Shown one piece after another: positions 1 to 13,165 of a stretch of DNA of 64,000 nucleotides. Source of the stretch: Octopus sinensis. Lineage: Eukaryota. Under the pieces are notes generated by a model, which worked only from the letters and a program-made list of their open reading frames with translations, was not told the DNA's origin and did not search any database. The stretch is from contig NW_021833658.1 of assembly GCF_006345805.1 (NCBI RefSeq), positions 21,410-85,409 on the forward strand. The letters are read 5' to 3'. Every line of letters begins with the position of its first letter. Position 1 is the stretch's first letter. The position numbers and the translations under genes were made by a program.

Positions 1-469
1 CACTTTTAGTGGTCAGTCCTCTAAATTCTGTATATACATATATATTTATGCACTCACATACACATACACACACTCACACAGCAAATATGTATGAGTATGT
101 ATGTGTATTAATTAGTTGTTGGATAAGTAAATGGGTGTTTGTATGTGTAGGTGGATGCCAATTAGCATCAGTGAAAGTTTCTAATTACCACCCACAATCT
201 ATTTGTTCAACGATTTGGCAATAAGTTTTGTTTGAAGTTATCTAACAAATTATACCAATATTACACCATTCTCTCTACTATACCATCTCCTCCTCCTCCT
301 CATTCCACCTCATTCCTTTCCACGCCAGACATCTTTTTCAACCCATCAGCTTCTCTACTTAACTTTGGAATATTCTTACACTAATCTTCTCATTCCTTCT
401 CACATATTCACCAAACTGGAAGTTTCATGGTCTCAGACTTCAGCCTAAAAATATATTTTGATTTCCCTG

Positions 470-842
470 ATGATGATGGTGATGATGATGATGATGACAA
501 CGATGACAATGCTAATATCGATGATAATGATGATAATGATGATGATGATGATGATGATAACGACGACGAAGATGATTACTCCTGGCAGAGGTTGGTTGAG
601 GCCATTAAGGGCCTGGCACTATCACCATCCTACTTCAGTCACCATATCACCACCACCATCACCACCAACACCACTGCCATCATTATGTCAATGATAACAA
701 TGACGATGACTATAATGACAACATCATCAATGATGATGACGATGATGACGATGATGACAGCCACCTGCACCTCCACCTCCATCACCACCACCACCACCAC
801 CACCACCACCCTCATCATCCCGCAGCCACCACCTCCACCGCC
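470..842. repeat. Compound trinucleotide tract (GAT)n / (ACC)n / (ATG)n with a short unique island
   Basis: Visible triplet runs; source of the poly-D/T/M ORFs at 427-870. Confidence 0.9.
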
Positions 843-1530
843 AACAGTTCAAATTTGCCGACCAAAATAGCAGATTGCAATATATTTTAGAGACAAGATT
901 TCTTCAAGTGTCAGGCTTCATAAAGAAGTCTTCCAATAGACAAATGAATAGATTCCCTACCTCGTTTCAGAAGTTAAGTAACGAAAATCTCAATTGCTAA
1001 TGCACTTCTGAAAGTAGCCTGATCAGGTTCGCTTTGAGAACATTGAAAATGAAGAGTTTGCTATGCATGGCAGGAAGTTGGGGTGGGTGAATAGTTAGTC
1101 GTTAATCAGAGTACCATTATTTACAGAAACATCTTTGTTTTCACATCAAATATAGTTTTAGTATGTATCATGTACCACTACGGGATGGTGTTGCTTAAAC
1201 AATGTTATGTCATGTATATATCAATTTGTTTATTGGCCACAAGGGCTTGCATAAAATTACATTAAAACACATATAACAACATAAAAGACAAAAACAGGAT
1301 GATACAATGGGTTTTACAATGTGAAAACAATATATATAATGTTAAAATTAAACAGTTTAAAACTCCTAATAAGGGAAGCGCTTTAAATGACCTCATGGAA
1401 AAATCCACAAAGGCCACGGGTGCCTGAACAACGTATATATTAAGCTCTCTTTATATACATACATTTGTTTAAATATATACATTGATACTCACATAAATAT
1501 GTATGTATATATGTATGTGTGTGTGTGTGT

Positions 1531-1575
<45 letters not shown>

Positions 1576-1581
<6 letters not shown>

Positions 1582-1802
1582 GGAAGAGAGTGTAATTTGG
1601 CAGGAGGACTTAAACGACATGCAAAGGTACATGAAGCCCAGTTTCAACTAAAGCCGGCTATTGCTGGTAAAGGTTTTAGTTGCCAATTCTGTACAAGACA
1701 TTGTAGATCTTTAGGTGGGCTAAAAAGTCACATTCGATCACAGCACGAATAACAGTTAAGCTTCGTGCAATGGCCATACTCGATAATGAGGAGGCAGCCA
1801 TT
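1576..1802 (+). mobile_element. 3' end of a 5'-truncated RTE-type LINE with C-terminal C2H2 zinc fingers
   Basis: Reads VCGRECNLAGGLKRHAKVH...FSCQFCTRHCRSLGGLKSHIRSQHE*, the CxxC..GLxSHxR pattern of RTE ORF2 C-termini; short 3'UTR (GGCCATACTCGATAATGAGGAGGCAGCCATT) runs into (TA)n. Confidence 0.6.
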
Positions 1803-1942
1803 ATATATATATATATATGTATGTATGTATGTCTGTATGTATTTATAGTCAACTGAAATAAACAAGTCGAATAAAATTAAATGAACATGAGGATACATGG
1901 AAGAAATGCGTTATTTTGATGTTCGGTGTGGTATGTATGTAA

Positions 1943-2153
1943 ATGAGGGGGTACTAAAGAGTGTTTGTTTGGGTAAAAGAAAATAGAGGAGAATCAGTTG
2001 ATTATGATTTTATTCAACATATTCCCCCCTCAAATTCTTATTGCAATGGCTTTTCAGACTATCTAAGCCCTATAAAAAAACTTGGAAGGTTGGGCCTTCA
2101 ACCAGGCCTTTCATGATACCCTTAAAGCCAGGAACTTTCCCGTACCCCTCGTA
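1943..2153. mobile_element. Tc1/mariner-type MITE (~210 bp)
   Basis: Imperfect TIRs ATGAGGGGGTACTAAAGAGT and reverse complement TACGAGGGGTACGGGAAAGT; TA at the right end. Confidence 0.5.
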
Positions 2154-2412
2154 TATGTGTGTATATATATGTAAATATATATCTTTATATATATATAGTG
2201 CTACATGGTGGTTCTTCTCTTATTTATATACACACACACACACACATATATATATAGGGTGTTCAAAATGTATCTATGTAATTAGTATTTAATGGTTTCC
2301 AGGTGATTCTTGTACACAGATCTTTTACTTGCTCCCCAGAAAAAAGTTTAGTGGTGTTATATATATGGTGTTAATATATGGTTATATATTTGGTGGTGCA
2401 CCTATATATATA

Positions 2413-2453
<41 letters not shown>

Positions 2454-3091
2454 TGGGTGCAAAGGGAGCTGGTGCCTGAAGTGGTTCTTCAGGCCACCTC
2501 TGCATCCTTTCATTTTTACGTTTGTTTCCTCTTTCACCTCTCTCTCTCTCTCTGTCTCTCTCTCTTTGTTTCTTACTCTCTGCAACTTTTCACCTACAGC
2601 TTATTCCCTTCAATAACTGGCTACCAACTGATTATAAAAAAACAATATGTTCACTCCAATGCTATTAACGATTCCAAATATCCTTAATTCACAGTCTAAG
2701 ACTGCCTGGAAAGGTTTCAACTATTACAAACCAACTTTTAAAGGATGCCAGCTTTGCCATTCTCCTTTTGACATCTTTTTTTTTTAATCATTTTTATTTT
2801 CTAATATATCTTTGAGTGCCATCGACTTTAGTGAAATAGTAGGAGTTTCCAAGAATTAGCATGCTAACAGAACAGCCAACTCTCTTCTCTATTTTAACAA
2901 TAAGATGTCACATGTGCCCTACTTTGAAGAAAATTTGAATTCTCCACTACAAATCAATAGTTAAAATAAATGTCAAACATACGTTATAGTTGTTGTATGA
3001 AACAATGAACTAGCACTAGACTGTTGTATCTGTTTACAGGTAAGTAGACTGTGCCATTCAGGAAAGCCAGTAGATCTGAGGACAGAATACC

Positions 3092-3241
3092 TATATCTTT
3101 ACTACCCACAAGGGGCTAAACACAGAGAGGACAAACAAGGACAGACAAACGAGACAAACGGATTAAGTCGATTATATCAACCCCAATGCATAACTGGTAC
3201 TTAATGTATTGACCCCGAAAGGATGAAAGGCAAAGTTGACC
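3092..3241 (-). mobile_element. SINE family C, 5'-truncated, with 17-bp TSD
   Basis: Matches other C copies; flanked by TCTGAGGACAGAATACC (3075-3091) and TCTGAGGACAAAATACC (3242-3258). Confidence 0.85.
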
Positions 3242-4088
3242 TCTGAGGACAAAATACCTTGTGGTATGTTTTGACTCTTTGCATTCTCTTTGCTCTTTTG
3301 TAGACTTACTCCATCAGCTGGTTCTACTATTGGGTGGTGCAGAGTTTACTCTGTTATAAATATTCATGTTAGGTGTCCATTTTTAGAATAACTTCCTTCT
3401 TCTCATTCACCAATATCAAAGTGACTCTACTATCCTTGGCTAAATGAAAAAGGTAAAAAAAAAAAAGAAAAAATGTTGATGAATTATTAATTATTCATGT
3501 GGTTAGCTGTTAAACTATTGTGTGTATGACACCTCGTGAAAGTATATACACATAAACACATATTTATCAAACATTCTATGTAGCAAGACTATACTGCCCA
3601 CACAATTTGAAGGGGAAATACCAGGTATATTCATAAATGATATCAATACTTTATAAAACAGGAATGGAAATGATATCCAAATTGCCATCATAGGACTAGA
3701 TTCTGTAAGGTAAATTAGGATAGTAAAGTAGAACTTAATTAATGTATTGATTGTAAAAAAAAACTACAAGTGTGCACTGCTCGTTTACCCAGACATGGCA
3801 AAATGGATATTAAAATATGTTATATATATTTGTATTGGGAAAGTAAGAAAAACAGACGAAAATACATATTGTAAATAAAAAAAAGTAAAGGCTTTTTTAT
3901 GCAAAGTAACGAAATATATATACAATTAGATGAACTGAGGTAGGAATAAAAGTAATAAAAGTCATTATTGTGAAATTCTTAAAGAGATTCAAGCATACCG
4001 GTTTTGTAAGATACTAACCATTGCTTTGAATACAACTATTCATTGCTTTTTGCTTTGTATCTATACAGATTTATATTAGTAGACATAT

Positions 4089-4464
4089 ATTTCTTTACTA
4101 CCCACAAGGGACTAAACACAGAGGGGACAAACAAAGACAGACAAACAGATTAAGTCGATTATATCGACCCCAGTGCGCAACTGGTACTTAATTTATCGCC
4201 CCCGAATGGATGAAAGGCAAAGTCGACCTTGGCGGAATTTGAACTCAGAAAGTAGCGGCAGACATTTCTTTACTACCCACAAGGGGCTAAACACAGAGAG
4301 GACAAACAAGGACAGACAAAGGGATTAAGTCGATTATATCGACTCCAGTGCGTAACTGGTACTTAATTTATCGACCTCGAAAGGATGAAAGGCAAATCGA
4401 CCTCGGTGGAATTTGAACACAGAACGTATGAATGCATGCTAACGTTTCTGCCATCTCGCCACCA
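4089..4464 (-). mobile_element. Two tandem SINE family C copies
   Basis: ATTTCTTTACTACCCACAAGGG... at 4089 and again at ~4264; tRNA-like head with B box GAGTTCAAATTCC on minus strand. Confidence 0.85.
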
Positions 4465-4989
4465 CCTACATTCTCCTACCACCAAACCCAACACCCTACA
4501 CATAGCCAATATACAGTTGGTTATATTGGACCCCTCTCACCAAGTTTACTCTACATTTTTTCCTGTACTCTTTGTCATCACTTTATGACACTTCAGCTGT
4601 CAAAATACTCTTGTTCCTTTTCTCCCTTGCATCCTAGGTCTCTCTCAGTGCTCCAAGATCACATAGACTTCTGTCATCCTCACTGTCATCTGAGTCATAT
4701 TGCCATGCCTTGAATATACACACCTATCTCAGAATACTGAGTGCCCCTTCACTCCATCCCTTATAACATGCCCCTCTTATCACTATCATTCATGTATCTA
4801 CCAGCCACTCTTCTCACTCCATAGAGTGGTTGGTGCTGAGTAGCGACATAGAATTATGATTCCTTTTAAGTGAGAGAACCACATGGCTACCTCTCAAGCG
4901 GATGTCATGAAAAATGTGTTCTCAGTACATTCTATAAAACAAGAGGTTGTGACAGGTCTTTAGTTTTAATATAAAATATATAATATATA

Positions 4990-5240
4990 ATGAAATTATT
5001 GTATACAGTTCTCAGGTGCACCACAACTTGTCAAAAGTGCATATAAAGCATATGCAGTAATGTACAAATGTCTGGAAAGCGAACAGTGTATGAGTCAGAT
5101 ACATGCTTGCGTGTGTATGAGGGGAGAAAATCAGGTGTAGTGTTGGCGAATCTCAGGAAGCATGGAAGTTTTGAAGGATGCAGTGCTCCGACAACTAACA
5201 ACTGATGCCGGCAGTCTGTTCTATGCTTCAGCAGCTCATG
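4990..5240 (-). mobile_element. CR1-like LINE 3' fragment
   Basis: Reverse complement of 43670-43915 (LINE 3'UTR and ORF end). Confidence 0.8.
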
Positions 5241-5493
5241 ATAACTCCTTTGTGTTGGTGGCATGAAAAAGCACCCATTATACTCTGTAACATGGTTGAT
5301 GTTAAGAAGTGTATCCAGCAGTAACACCAAGTCAAAAATTAAATGAGAGTAAGAGGTCCTGCATCCAATTAGGTAAGGAGTACTTCTGAATACATGGTGA
5401 CTCCAGTCTTGGTGTGACTCATCCAGTCAATACCAACATGGGAAGTGGACATAAAGTAATGATAATGACATACATATATATATATTGTACATA

Positions 5494-5884
5494 TACTCTT
5501 TACTCTTTTACTTGTTTCAGTCATTTGACTGCGGCCATGCTGGAGCACCGCCTTTAGTCGAGCAACTCGACCCCGGGACTTATCCTTTGTAAGCCCAGTA
5601 CTTATTCTATTGTTCTCTTTTGCCGAACCACTAAGTGACGGGGACATAAACACACCAGCACAAACACAGACACACAGACATACACGCACACACACACATA
5701 TATATATATATACATATATACGACGGGCTTCTTTCAGTTTCCGTCTACCAAATCCACTCACAAGGCTTTGGTCGGCCCGAGGCTATAGTTGAAGACACTT
5801 GCCCAAGGTGCCACGCAGTGGAACTGAACCCGGTACCATGTGGTCGGTAAACAAGCTACTTACCACACAGCCACTCCTGCGCCT
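5494..5884 (-). mobile_element. tRNA-derived SINE family A, near full length
   Basis: Head GGCGCAGGAGTGGCTGTGTGGTAAG with A box and B box GGTTCAGTTCC, internal (TA)/(TG) run, (AAAAGAGT)n tail; many copies in window. Confidence 0.9.
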
Positions 5885-6136
5885 ATGTGTAGAATCCTAT
5901 ATGCATGTATATATATTTTTGTGTGTGCGTTCTGTATGTGTGACTACCTATGTATGTTTGTTCATTTTTTTAAATATGTTTTTCCATGCTAACATGGTTA
6001 TGCAAATATATTATCCTTTAAGCATTGTTTTACAGGTGGGTGCTCCTCCTGTCACTAACTCTCATCTATTTTACAAGAGATGTATAGGATTTCGTTTATC
6101 TTTGAAGATGCAAAAGCTGATGGATAAACAGGGAGA

Positions 6137-6188
6137 ATGGCTGAAATGTCACACTCTCCAACTGAACAAGTTTTGGAGAAGCTAAATC
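6137..6188 (+). CDS. Candidate first coding exon (exon 6036-6188), MAEMSHSPTEQVLEKLN; product unknown
   Basis: Acceptor ttgttttacag, in-frame upstream TAA, agaATGG start context, donor ATC|gtaaac; no homology recognised. Confidence 0.25.
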
Positions 6189-6236
6189 GTAAACAAACAT
6201 AATTTCATATGTGTGTGTGCGCGCGTGTGTGTGTGT

Positions 6237-6282
<46 letters not shown>

Positions 6283-6564
6283 CAACAACCATCTCTCATT
6301 TTCCATCTATTAAACCTACTCACAAGATGTTGGTCAATCTGGGACTATCATAGAAAACATTAGATCAAGGTGATGCACTGTCAGGGACTGAAACCCAGAC
6401 CACATGAAAGGAAGTGAACTTCTTAATCACATCCCCAAGGTAACCCTATCTTTGTGTATATCCATGCTAGCATGAAGGGCAGACATTAAACAATGATATA
6501 TATATATATATTGTTGTATTTAGGGATGATAATTTTTGTTTTTCTTTTTCACAAATAAACATAC

Positions 6565-6720
6565 AGACTATATAATCGTTCTTCACTAGTTTATTACTGT
6601 TCTTATTGTAACTCATGTCCATTGTCCGGAAATCATTTGTCACACATCTCTGACCTCTTCAGTGACACTTTCTGTCCTTGTGTGTGCTCCGGCTCTGCTT
6701 AGTCTATTCATATATTTATG
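6565..6720. mobile_element. Penelope-like terminal fragment
   Basis: Shares sequence with 63850-63990; CTGAAGAGGTCA on minus strand resembles a decayed hammerhead core. Confidence 0.45.
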
Positions 6721-6937
6721 TCAGTGGCCATATCTATATGCATATCTACATAGACATTAATTTCAACATTGTCCTCTATTTTTTCACACAGACATGGACA
6801 AAGAAATCAAAGCTTCATTTTTCAGGCATCATTAGCTAGTAATATAAATGAACCTAATGAGATGAAAGCTAACATATTCTATTCAATATATGTTTCACCT
6901 TAGTAAGTGCATACAATATTGCACTGTTGATATATCA

Positions 6938-7458
6938 GTTCGTTGCTGTTATGTTGAACTGTCATATGTCAAAATTTGGCCAAATGTGTTTTTCAATATT
7001 TAATTTTGCTTTCAATAACTGAGTCGTTTGGTCAAACTATCGTATCTTCAGTTGCTTCAGATGCCAAGATATGCGAAGAATTTTTTTTTAAATTTATATT
7101 TTTATTACATTTTCAATAGCTTCTTTTTAAGCTTCCTTGCTCGCACCAACCTGAAACACACAGAAACATCTCTAGCTTCTTCCCATAACAAACTGCTCAT
7201 TTATTGCATTCTAAACCAATGAGAGCTAACATTTTTCAAAAGTGCAGTAAGTCCCACAAAGGACAGTTTTGCAAAAGTATTTCTGACTGAAAATATCATA
7301 CATGCATGGAGCTACGATTTTATGCACCCAACAAAGTATCATTGTTTAGCTAAAACTGTTGCAAATGTAAAAAGAAATGTAATGGTGAAACTACTTTTTC
7401 ATTTTCTGAAAAGGCAACATTTTGGACTTATGACACTTCTGCATAATAGCAACGATTT
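6938..7458. mobile_element. Old TIR-bounded non-autonomous DNA element (~520 bp)
   Basis: Ends TCGTTGCTGTTATGTTGAACTGTCATATGTCAAA and reverse complement TCGTTGCTATTATGCAGAAGTGTCATAAGTCCAAA; the same right end recurs at ~20700-20768. Confidence 0.45.
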
Positions 7459-8346
7459 AAACTAATATCAACAATAGCTTACCATTATTCACTTACCTAT
7501 TGTTCACAGAAGTACAGTTGAGGTTCACCACTTAGCATTTACGGAATCTATTTGATTGCTATATATATATCTTCACTTTGTTATTGCAGTTCATAAAGTT
7601 CAAAGATTGTTTATTCTAATAATGTGTTGGATGTTAAATGTTGTATGCTGGATGAGGAGATTTTCAAAGACTTCCCGATCTATTGTCCAGTTCTAGTTCT
7701 GGACAACATCCTTCTTTTATCTTTTACTTGTTTCAGTCGTTAGACTGTGGCCATGCTGGAGCAAAATTAAGTGACTACTACTTATTTATTTTTAAGACTG
7801 GCACTTATTCACTTGGTCTCTTTCTCTAAACCACCGAGTTACAGGGACTAATTGTCAAGCGGTGGTGATGGACAAACACTGACACAAAGACACACACACA
7901 CATATGTATGAATGTCTTTTCTCATCTTTAATTATTATAAATCTTCTACTGGGGAGGCAGCTGCTTTCCAACAACAATACAAGGCTCTGTCTTTGGGATG
8001 TAATTAACATTTGGAACTTAAGAAAAGTCTTTCAGATTTTTACTGTTCCACTCACAGATTGCACTTGTACAAATAAGGTGGTCGATTTCTCTCTCTAAAA
8101 AATCTCAGTTTATCCAGATTCTCTTTTAAGCATTTACTAACAAAACCTAGAACTCCAATAATTATTGATATGGATATGAATTCATAGTCTGGATATAGAA
8201 GTTGGAGGATTCAAAGCAGTTGTCCATAAATATCCAGTTTGCCTTTGATTTTCAAACAGATATTTATATCTGCAGCACAGCTGACCACAGGGATTATACA
8301 TACCTTTGCCCCTATGTATGTATGTATGTATATGTGTGTATATATA

Positions 8347-8831
8347 TCATCATCATCGTTTAACGTCCGTTTTCCGTGCTAGCACGGGTTGGAGGTTCGA
8401 CCGGGGTCGGGAAGCCAGGGGCTGCACCAGGCTCCAGTCTGATCTGGCAGTGTTCTACAGCTGGATGCCCTTCCATGTCAACCACTCCGCGAGTGTAGTG
8501 GGTGCTTTTATACGTGCCACCTGCACAGGTGCCAGGGGAGTCCGGCATCGGCCACGATCGGTTGGTGCTTTTAATGTGCCACCAGCACAGAAGCTAGCCA
8601 AGGCGGTGCTGGCATCAGCACGTTCGGATGGTGCTTTTTATGTTCCACCGGCACAGAAGCCAGTCGAGGTGGCACTGGCATCGGCCACGTTTGGATGGTG
8701 CTTTTTATGTGCCACTGGCACAGAAGCCAGTTGAGGCGGCGCTGGCAACGGCCACGTTCAGATGGTGCTTTTGGCATCGACCACATTCGGATGGTGCTTT
8801 TTATGTGCCACCGGCACAGAAGCCAGTCGAG

Positions 8832-8832
<1 letters not shown>
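8347..8832 (-). mobile_element. SINE family B ((ATG)n tail, RTE-like 3' end) with internal ~67-bp tandem units
   Basis: (CAT)nCGTTTAACGTCCGTTTTCC... terminus; GGTGCTTTT units start at 8501, 8564, 8630, 8697, 8764, 8793. Confidence 0.9.
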
Positions 8833-8871
<39 letters not shown>

Positions 8872-9151
8872 CATATACAATGGGCTTCTTTTAGTTTCGA
8901 GCTACCAAATCCACTCACAAGACTTTGGTCAGCCTGAGGCTATAGCTGAAGACATTTGGGCTCAGTGCCATGCAATGGGAGTAGTTGGAAAGTAAACTTT
9001 TTACCGCACATCCATGCATGTGCCTCTTCACCATAGATTAGCTATTTGTGTGTGATACATGGCCACTCGTTATTACTGGAATTATAGCAGTGGTTTCTAA
9101 AGTGGGCAGTAGTGCTCCTCTGAAGGTGGTAACCTAGGTGCCAAAATGAGG

Positions 9152-9320
9152 AGTTGATTATATCGACCCCAGTATTTCACTGGTACTTGATTTATCAACC
9201 CCAAAAGGATGAAGGGCAAAGTTGACCTCAGCGGAATTTGAACTCAGAACGTAGCAGCAGAAAAATACCATTAAGCATTTTGTCCAGTGCGCTAATGATT
9301 CTGCCAGCTTGACACCTTAA
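9152..9320 (-). mobile_element. SINE family C, 5' part
   Basis: Similar to 39888-40117 in reverse complement. Confidence 0.75.
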
Positions 9321-10518
9321 AAGCTGCAATATAATGCAAGATTAATTAAAAACAATAGGAATAAACAAGCATCACATTTTACAGAATAATCTGAATGGTA
9401 AAGTGTTAAAGGATCTTGAAAGACACCTGTATCAATTAAATAGACCTCAGTACTTGACTGGTACTTCATTTTATTAACTCTAGAAGAATAATTGGTAACA
9501 TTGACTTTAGTAGGATTTGAACACTAAACATAAAGGTTTGTAACTAAATATTTACAAAGCATTTTCTCCAATACATTGATAATACTGTAAATCCTCTGCC
9601 CTTAAACTCGAATCAAATATTCACTCCTGTTTTGTTGTTTATAACCAATTATTGCATTCTTTCACACTGGCTACAACGCATTCAACAAACTGGTAAAAAA
9701 AAAAATAGAATCATAAATTTTGTTGCAAAAAAAATTTGTAAAAATAACAATGTACTAAAAGACATAAAAAAAACAGCAAATAAAGCATAATTTCCATCTT
9801 CAATTTTCACTCGCATCACGCCCTCTTTGCTACGCCAACAAAATTGCCGAACAAAAGACACCTCCTTCCTCCAACGCTGCATCTTAGTGGAGGAAATCAT
9901 TTTTGTAGCAGCTCAAAAAACTGAAATTTCAGCTCATGTATTTCATTTGTTAATGCTGCAAGCGAAAAATTTTTTAAAATCCACCACTACCATCCCCTTT
10001 ACCATCGTCAGCCACCGCTAACATCACAATTCCACCACAATGCCATCAGTTCTTCATTCCAACATTGGCTGTCTAGAATATCAACCAATCATGCACAAGA
10101 ACCACTGATAATCTCATTTGCTAAAAATATATGTTTCTATATTTCATTAATGTTATATATGTATATTTTTTATTATATTTAAATTTATTGAATTATTTTC
10201 TTCAATTTATTTATTGATTTATTTATTCTCCCCTTAACTACCACCACCACCACCACCACAACTACAACCACCACCATTCTATGTTAATGTGTTTCTTATT
10301 ATTTTATTCTTGAGTTACACACACGTACACATACACACGTACGTACACACACATACACACATATACACACTATTGGCTTTTACTTCATTATTTTCCCTTG
10401 TTTGGTTAGAAACATACACACGTATGTATGTGAATCTATGCATGTGAGTGTATACATGTATGAATGTTTAAAAATATATGAGTGTGTGTGTATATGTATG
10501 CCCCTCTCTCTCTCTCTT

Positions 10519-10584
<66 letters not shown>

Positions 10585-10740
10585 TATATATATATATATA
10601 TTTTTCTTTTACCGTTTTACTTGTTTCAATTATTTGACTGCAGCCATATGTGTGTGTGTGTTAGTGGTGAGTGAGTGATTCTGTATTTGTATGCATATGT
10701 ATGTACGTGTGGTAAAGGAATAGAGGTAGGGAAAGAATTT

Positions 10741-10890
10741 TTTTTTTTAATTTATATTTTTATTACATTTTCAATAGCTTCTTTTTAAGCTTCCTTGCTC
10801 GCACCAACCTGAAACACACAGAGACATCTCTAGCTTCTTCCCATTACAAACTGCCCATTTATCGCATTCTAAACCAATGAGAGCTAACAT
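10741..10890. repeat. ~150-bp direct copy of 7081-7231
   Basis: About 4 substitutions in ~150 bp on direct comparison. Confidence 0.9.
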
Positions 10891-10989
10891 TAAATTGGCA
10901 AAAATAAATTTAAAGTGAACAGGGAGGAAATGCACTCCCACCCACCCCCTCTGCACTCACATAAAATACAAACATACACTTTCAAGTGT

Positions 10990-11480
10990 TGACAAAACTA
11001 CCACCACAACAGCTCAGTGAACATAACCACAACAACCACACCAATGCCACCACCACCACCACCACCACCACCACCATGACATGGCAAGTGCTACAACAAC
11101 TACACCATCACTGTCACACTATCACCATCAGAAAACAGCAAGCACTACCTCCTCCACTACCACCACCACCACCTCAATGTTGTTACCATCAATACACCTC
11201 AGTGAATACAATCATCTCCCCCACCACCACAACCACTACCACCATAACCATCACAACACCTCAGTGAATACAACCACCACCAACACCACCACTACCACCA
11301 CCATCATAACCATAACCATCACAACCACTACAAACACAACAATCAAAATTCCTATATCCACAACCACCAACACTAACACCACCATAACCACATAACCATG
11401 CAACACCTCTACCATCACAACCACAACAATACACCATACCACCACAACCAACGCCTCAGTGCCACTACCACCAATTCTAC
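10990..11480. repeat. Compound (ACC/ACA)n low-complexity tract
   Basis: Triplet runs with recurring CACCTCAGTGAATACAA. Confidence 0.85.
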
Positions 11481-12087
11481 TTATGATTGCTTTATTTTCA
11501 AAAATAAAAATAAAATAACCACATAAATAAAAAATAACAATAAATAATCATAACAATAAAGAAAAATAACAGTTTCTTACTTTGGCATAAGGCCACAAAT
11601 AACAACAACAACAACAGAAATAATAATAATAATTTTATTTTTATTAGGCCAAAAAGAATAGTCCTCTTAAATTATAAAAAGAAATAATAAAAATATTGGT
11701 AAAATAATAAAAGAATAATAATAAGAATATGAATAAAAATAACAAGACAAAAACAACAACAGCAATTTTGGTGCCAGTAACGGCAATGAAAATAAATCAA
11801 TCAAAATTTATTGAAAAAAGAAATGTAAAAAAAAAAGAAGAAAAAATGAAGAAGAAACCAGCTCTGAAAAATTCCTTGTGGCAATATAAACAGTCACCTT
11901 CCCCTTACCTTTTCAGCTGGAAACAAATTCTTTAAAACAGCCCGGAAAATATAGGGTTTGGGAAATAGGAGAAGATTAAGAAAAAGGGGAAAAATAAAAA
12001 TTGCGTGCATGCATGCGTGCGTGTGTCTCTGTGTGTTGGTATGTATATGTATGTACATATATATATACAAGTGTGTTTGTATATATA

Positions 12088-12137
<50 letters not shown>

Positions 12138-12375
12138 ATATATTTTCACATTTCACTGTCATTATTATTATCATCATTATTATTATTATTATTATTGTTA
12201 TTGTTATTATTATTATCATTATTATATATGTGTGCGTTTATGAGTATGCGTGAGTATGTTTGCATGAATGCTTTCCACGTTAGCTGCGATGTTCCTGTTT
12301 TTTTAAATTTTATTACTGCAGAATGAATATGTATTCCTATATATACATGTATGTGTAAATATATGCATGTGTATA

Positions 12376-12416
<41 letters not shown>

Positions 12417-12894
12417 GTATGTATATTTTCATATATACATATTTATAAATATGCGTGTATACTTATATAATTATATATATCTATTTGTGTGTGTATGTAT
12501 GCATATATGTGTGTATATATATATGTATATATATGTATACATACATGCATACACATGCACGTCCATAAATATATATGCATGTATATATATAAAATAGAAT
12601 ATAAATGGGTCTCCATGGGTTTCCACAGTGAGTATTCCAGCTGTTTGATTAACTGAGCTGCCTACTCATTGAATTATAGTTAAGTGGTTGAGTATATCAC
12701 AGGCAAAGTTCAAGAAGATTTTTCAACTATTTTATGTATTTATATGCATACATATATGTACATGCCTTCATGCATACACAGATACATACATACATATATA
12801 TATATGCATGCATATACGTATATGTGTGTGTGTCTGTGTATATACATAACCTGTTTGTGAATGTATATGCATTACTTCGCAAACACACACAAAC

Positions 12895-13165
12895 CATCAT
12901 CATCATCGTTTAACGTCTGCTATCCATGCTAGCATGGGTTGGACGATTTGACTGAGGACTAGCGAACCAGATGGCTACACCAGGCTCCAATCTGATCTGG
13001 CAGAGTTTCTACAGCTGGATGCCTTTCCAGAGTGTAGTGGGTACATTTACATGCCGCCAGCATGAAGGCTAGTCAGGCGGTACTGGCAACGGCCATGCTC
13101 AAATGGTGTTTTTTACATGCCATCTGCACAAGAGCCAGTCCAATGGCACTGCCAACGACCTTGCT
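12895..13165 (-). mobile_element. SINE family B
   Basis: (CAT)n tail and conserved body. Confidence 0.85.

Noticed and set aside
427-870. Acidic, poly-Thr and poly-Met ORFs
   Set aside because: Translations of (GAT)n and (ACC)n tracts
3040-3303. Canonical-looking intron (cag|gtaagt ... ttttgtag|)
   Set aside because: Flanking exons have stops in all useful frames; it could be UTR or lncRNA but is unsupported
8501-8832. CRISPR-like array
   Set aside because: Whole units repeat with no unique spacers; they are part of a eukaryotic SINE and no cas genes are present
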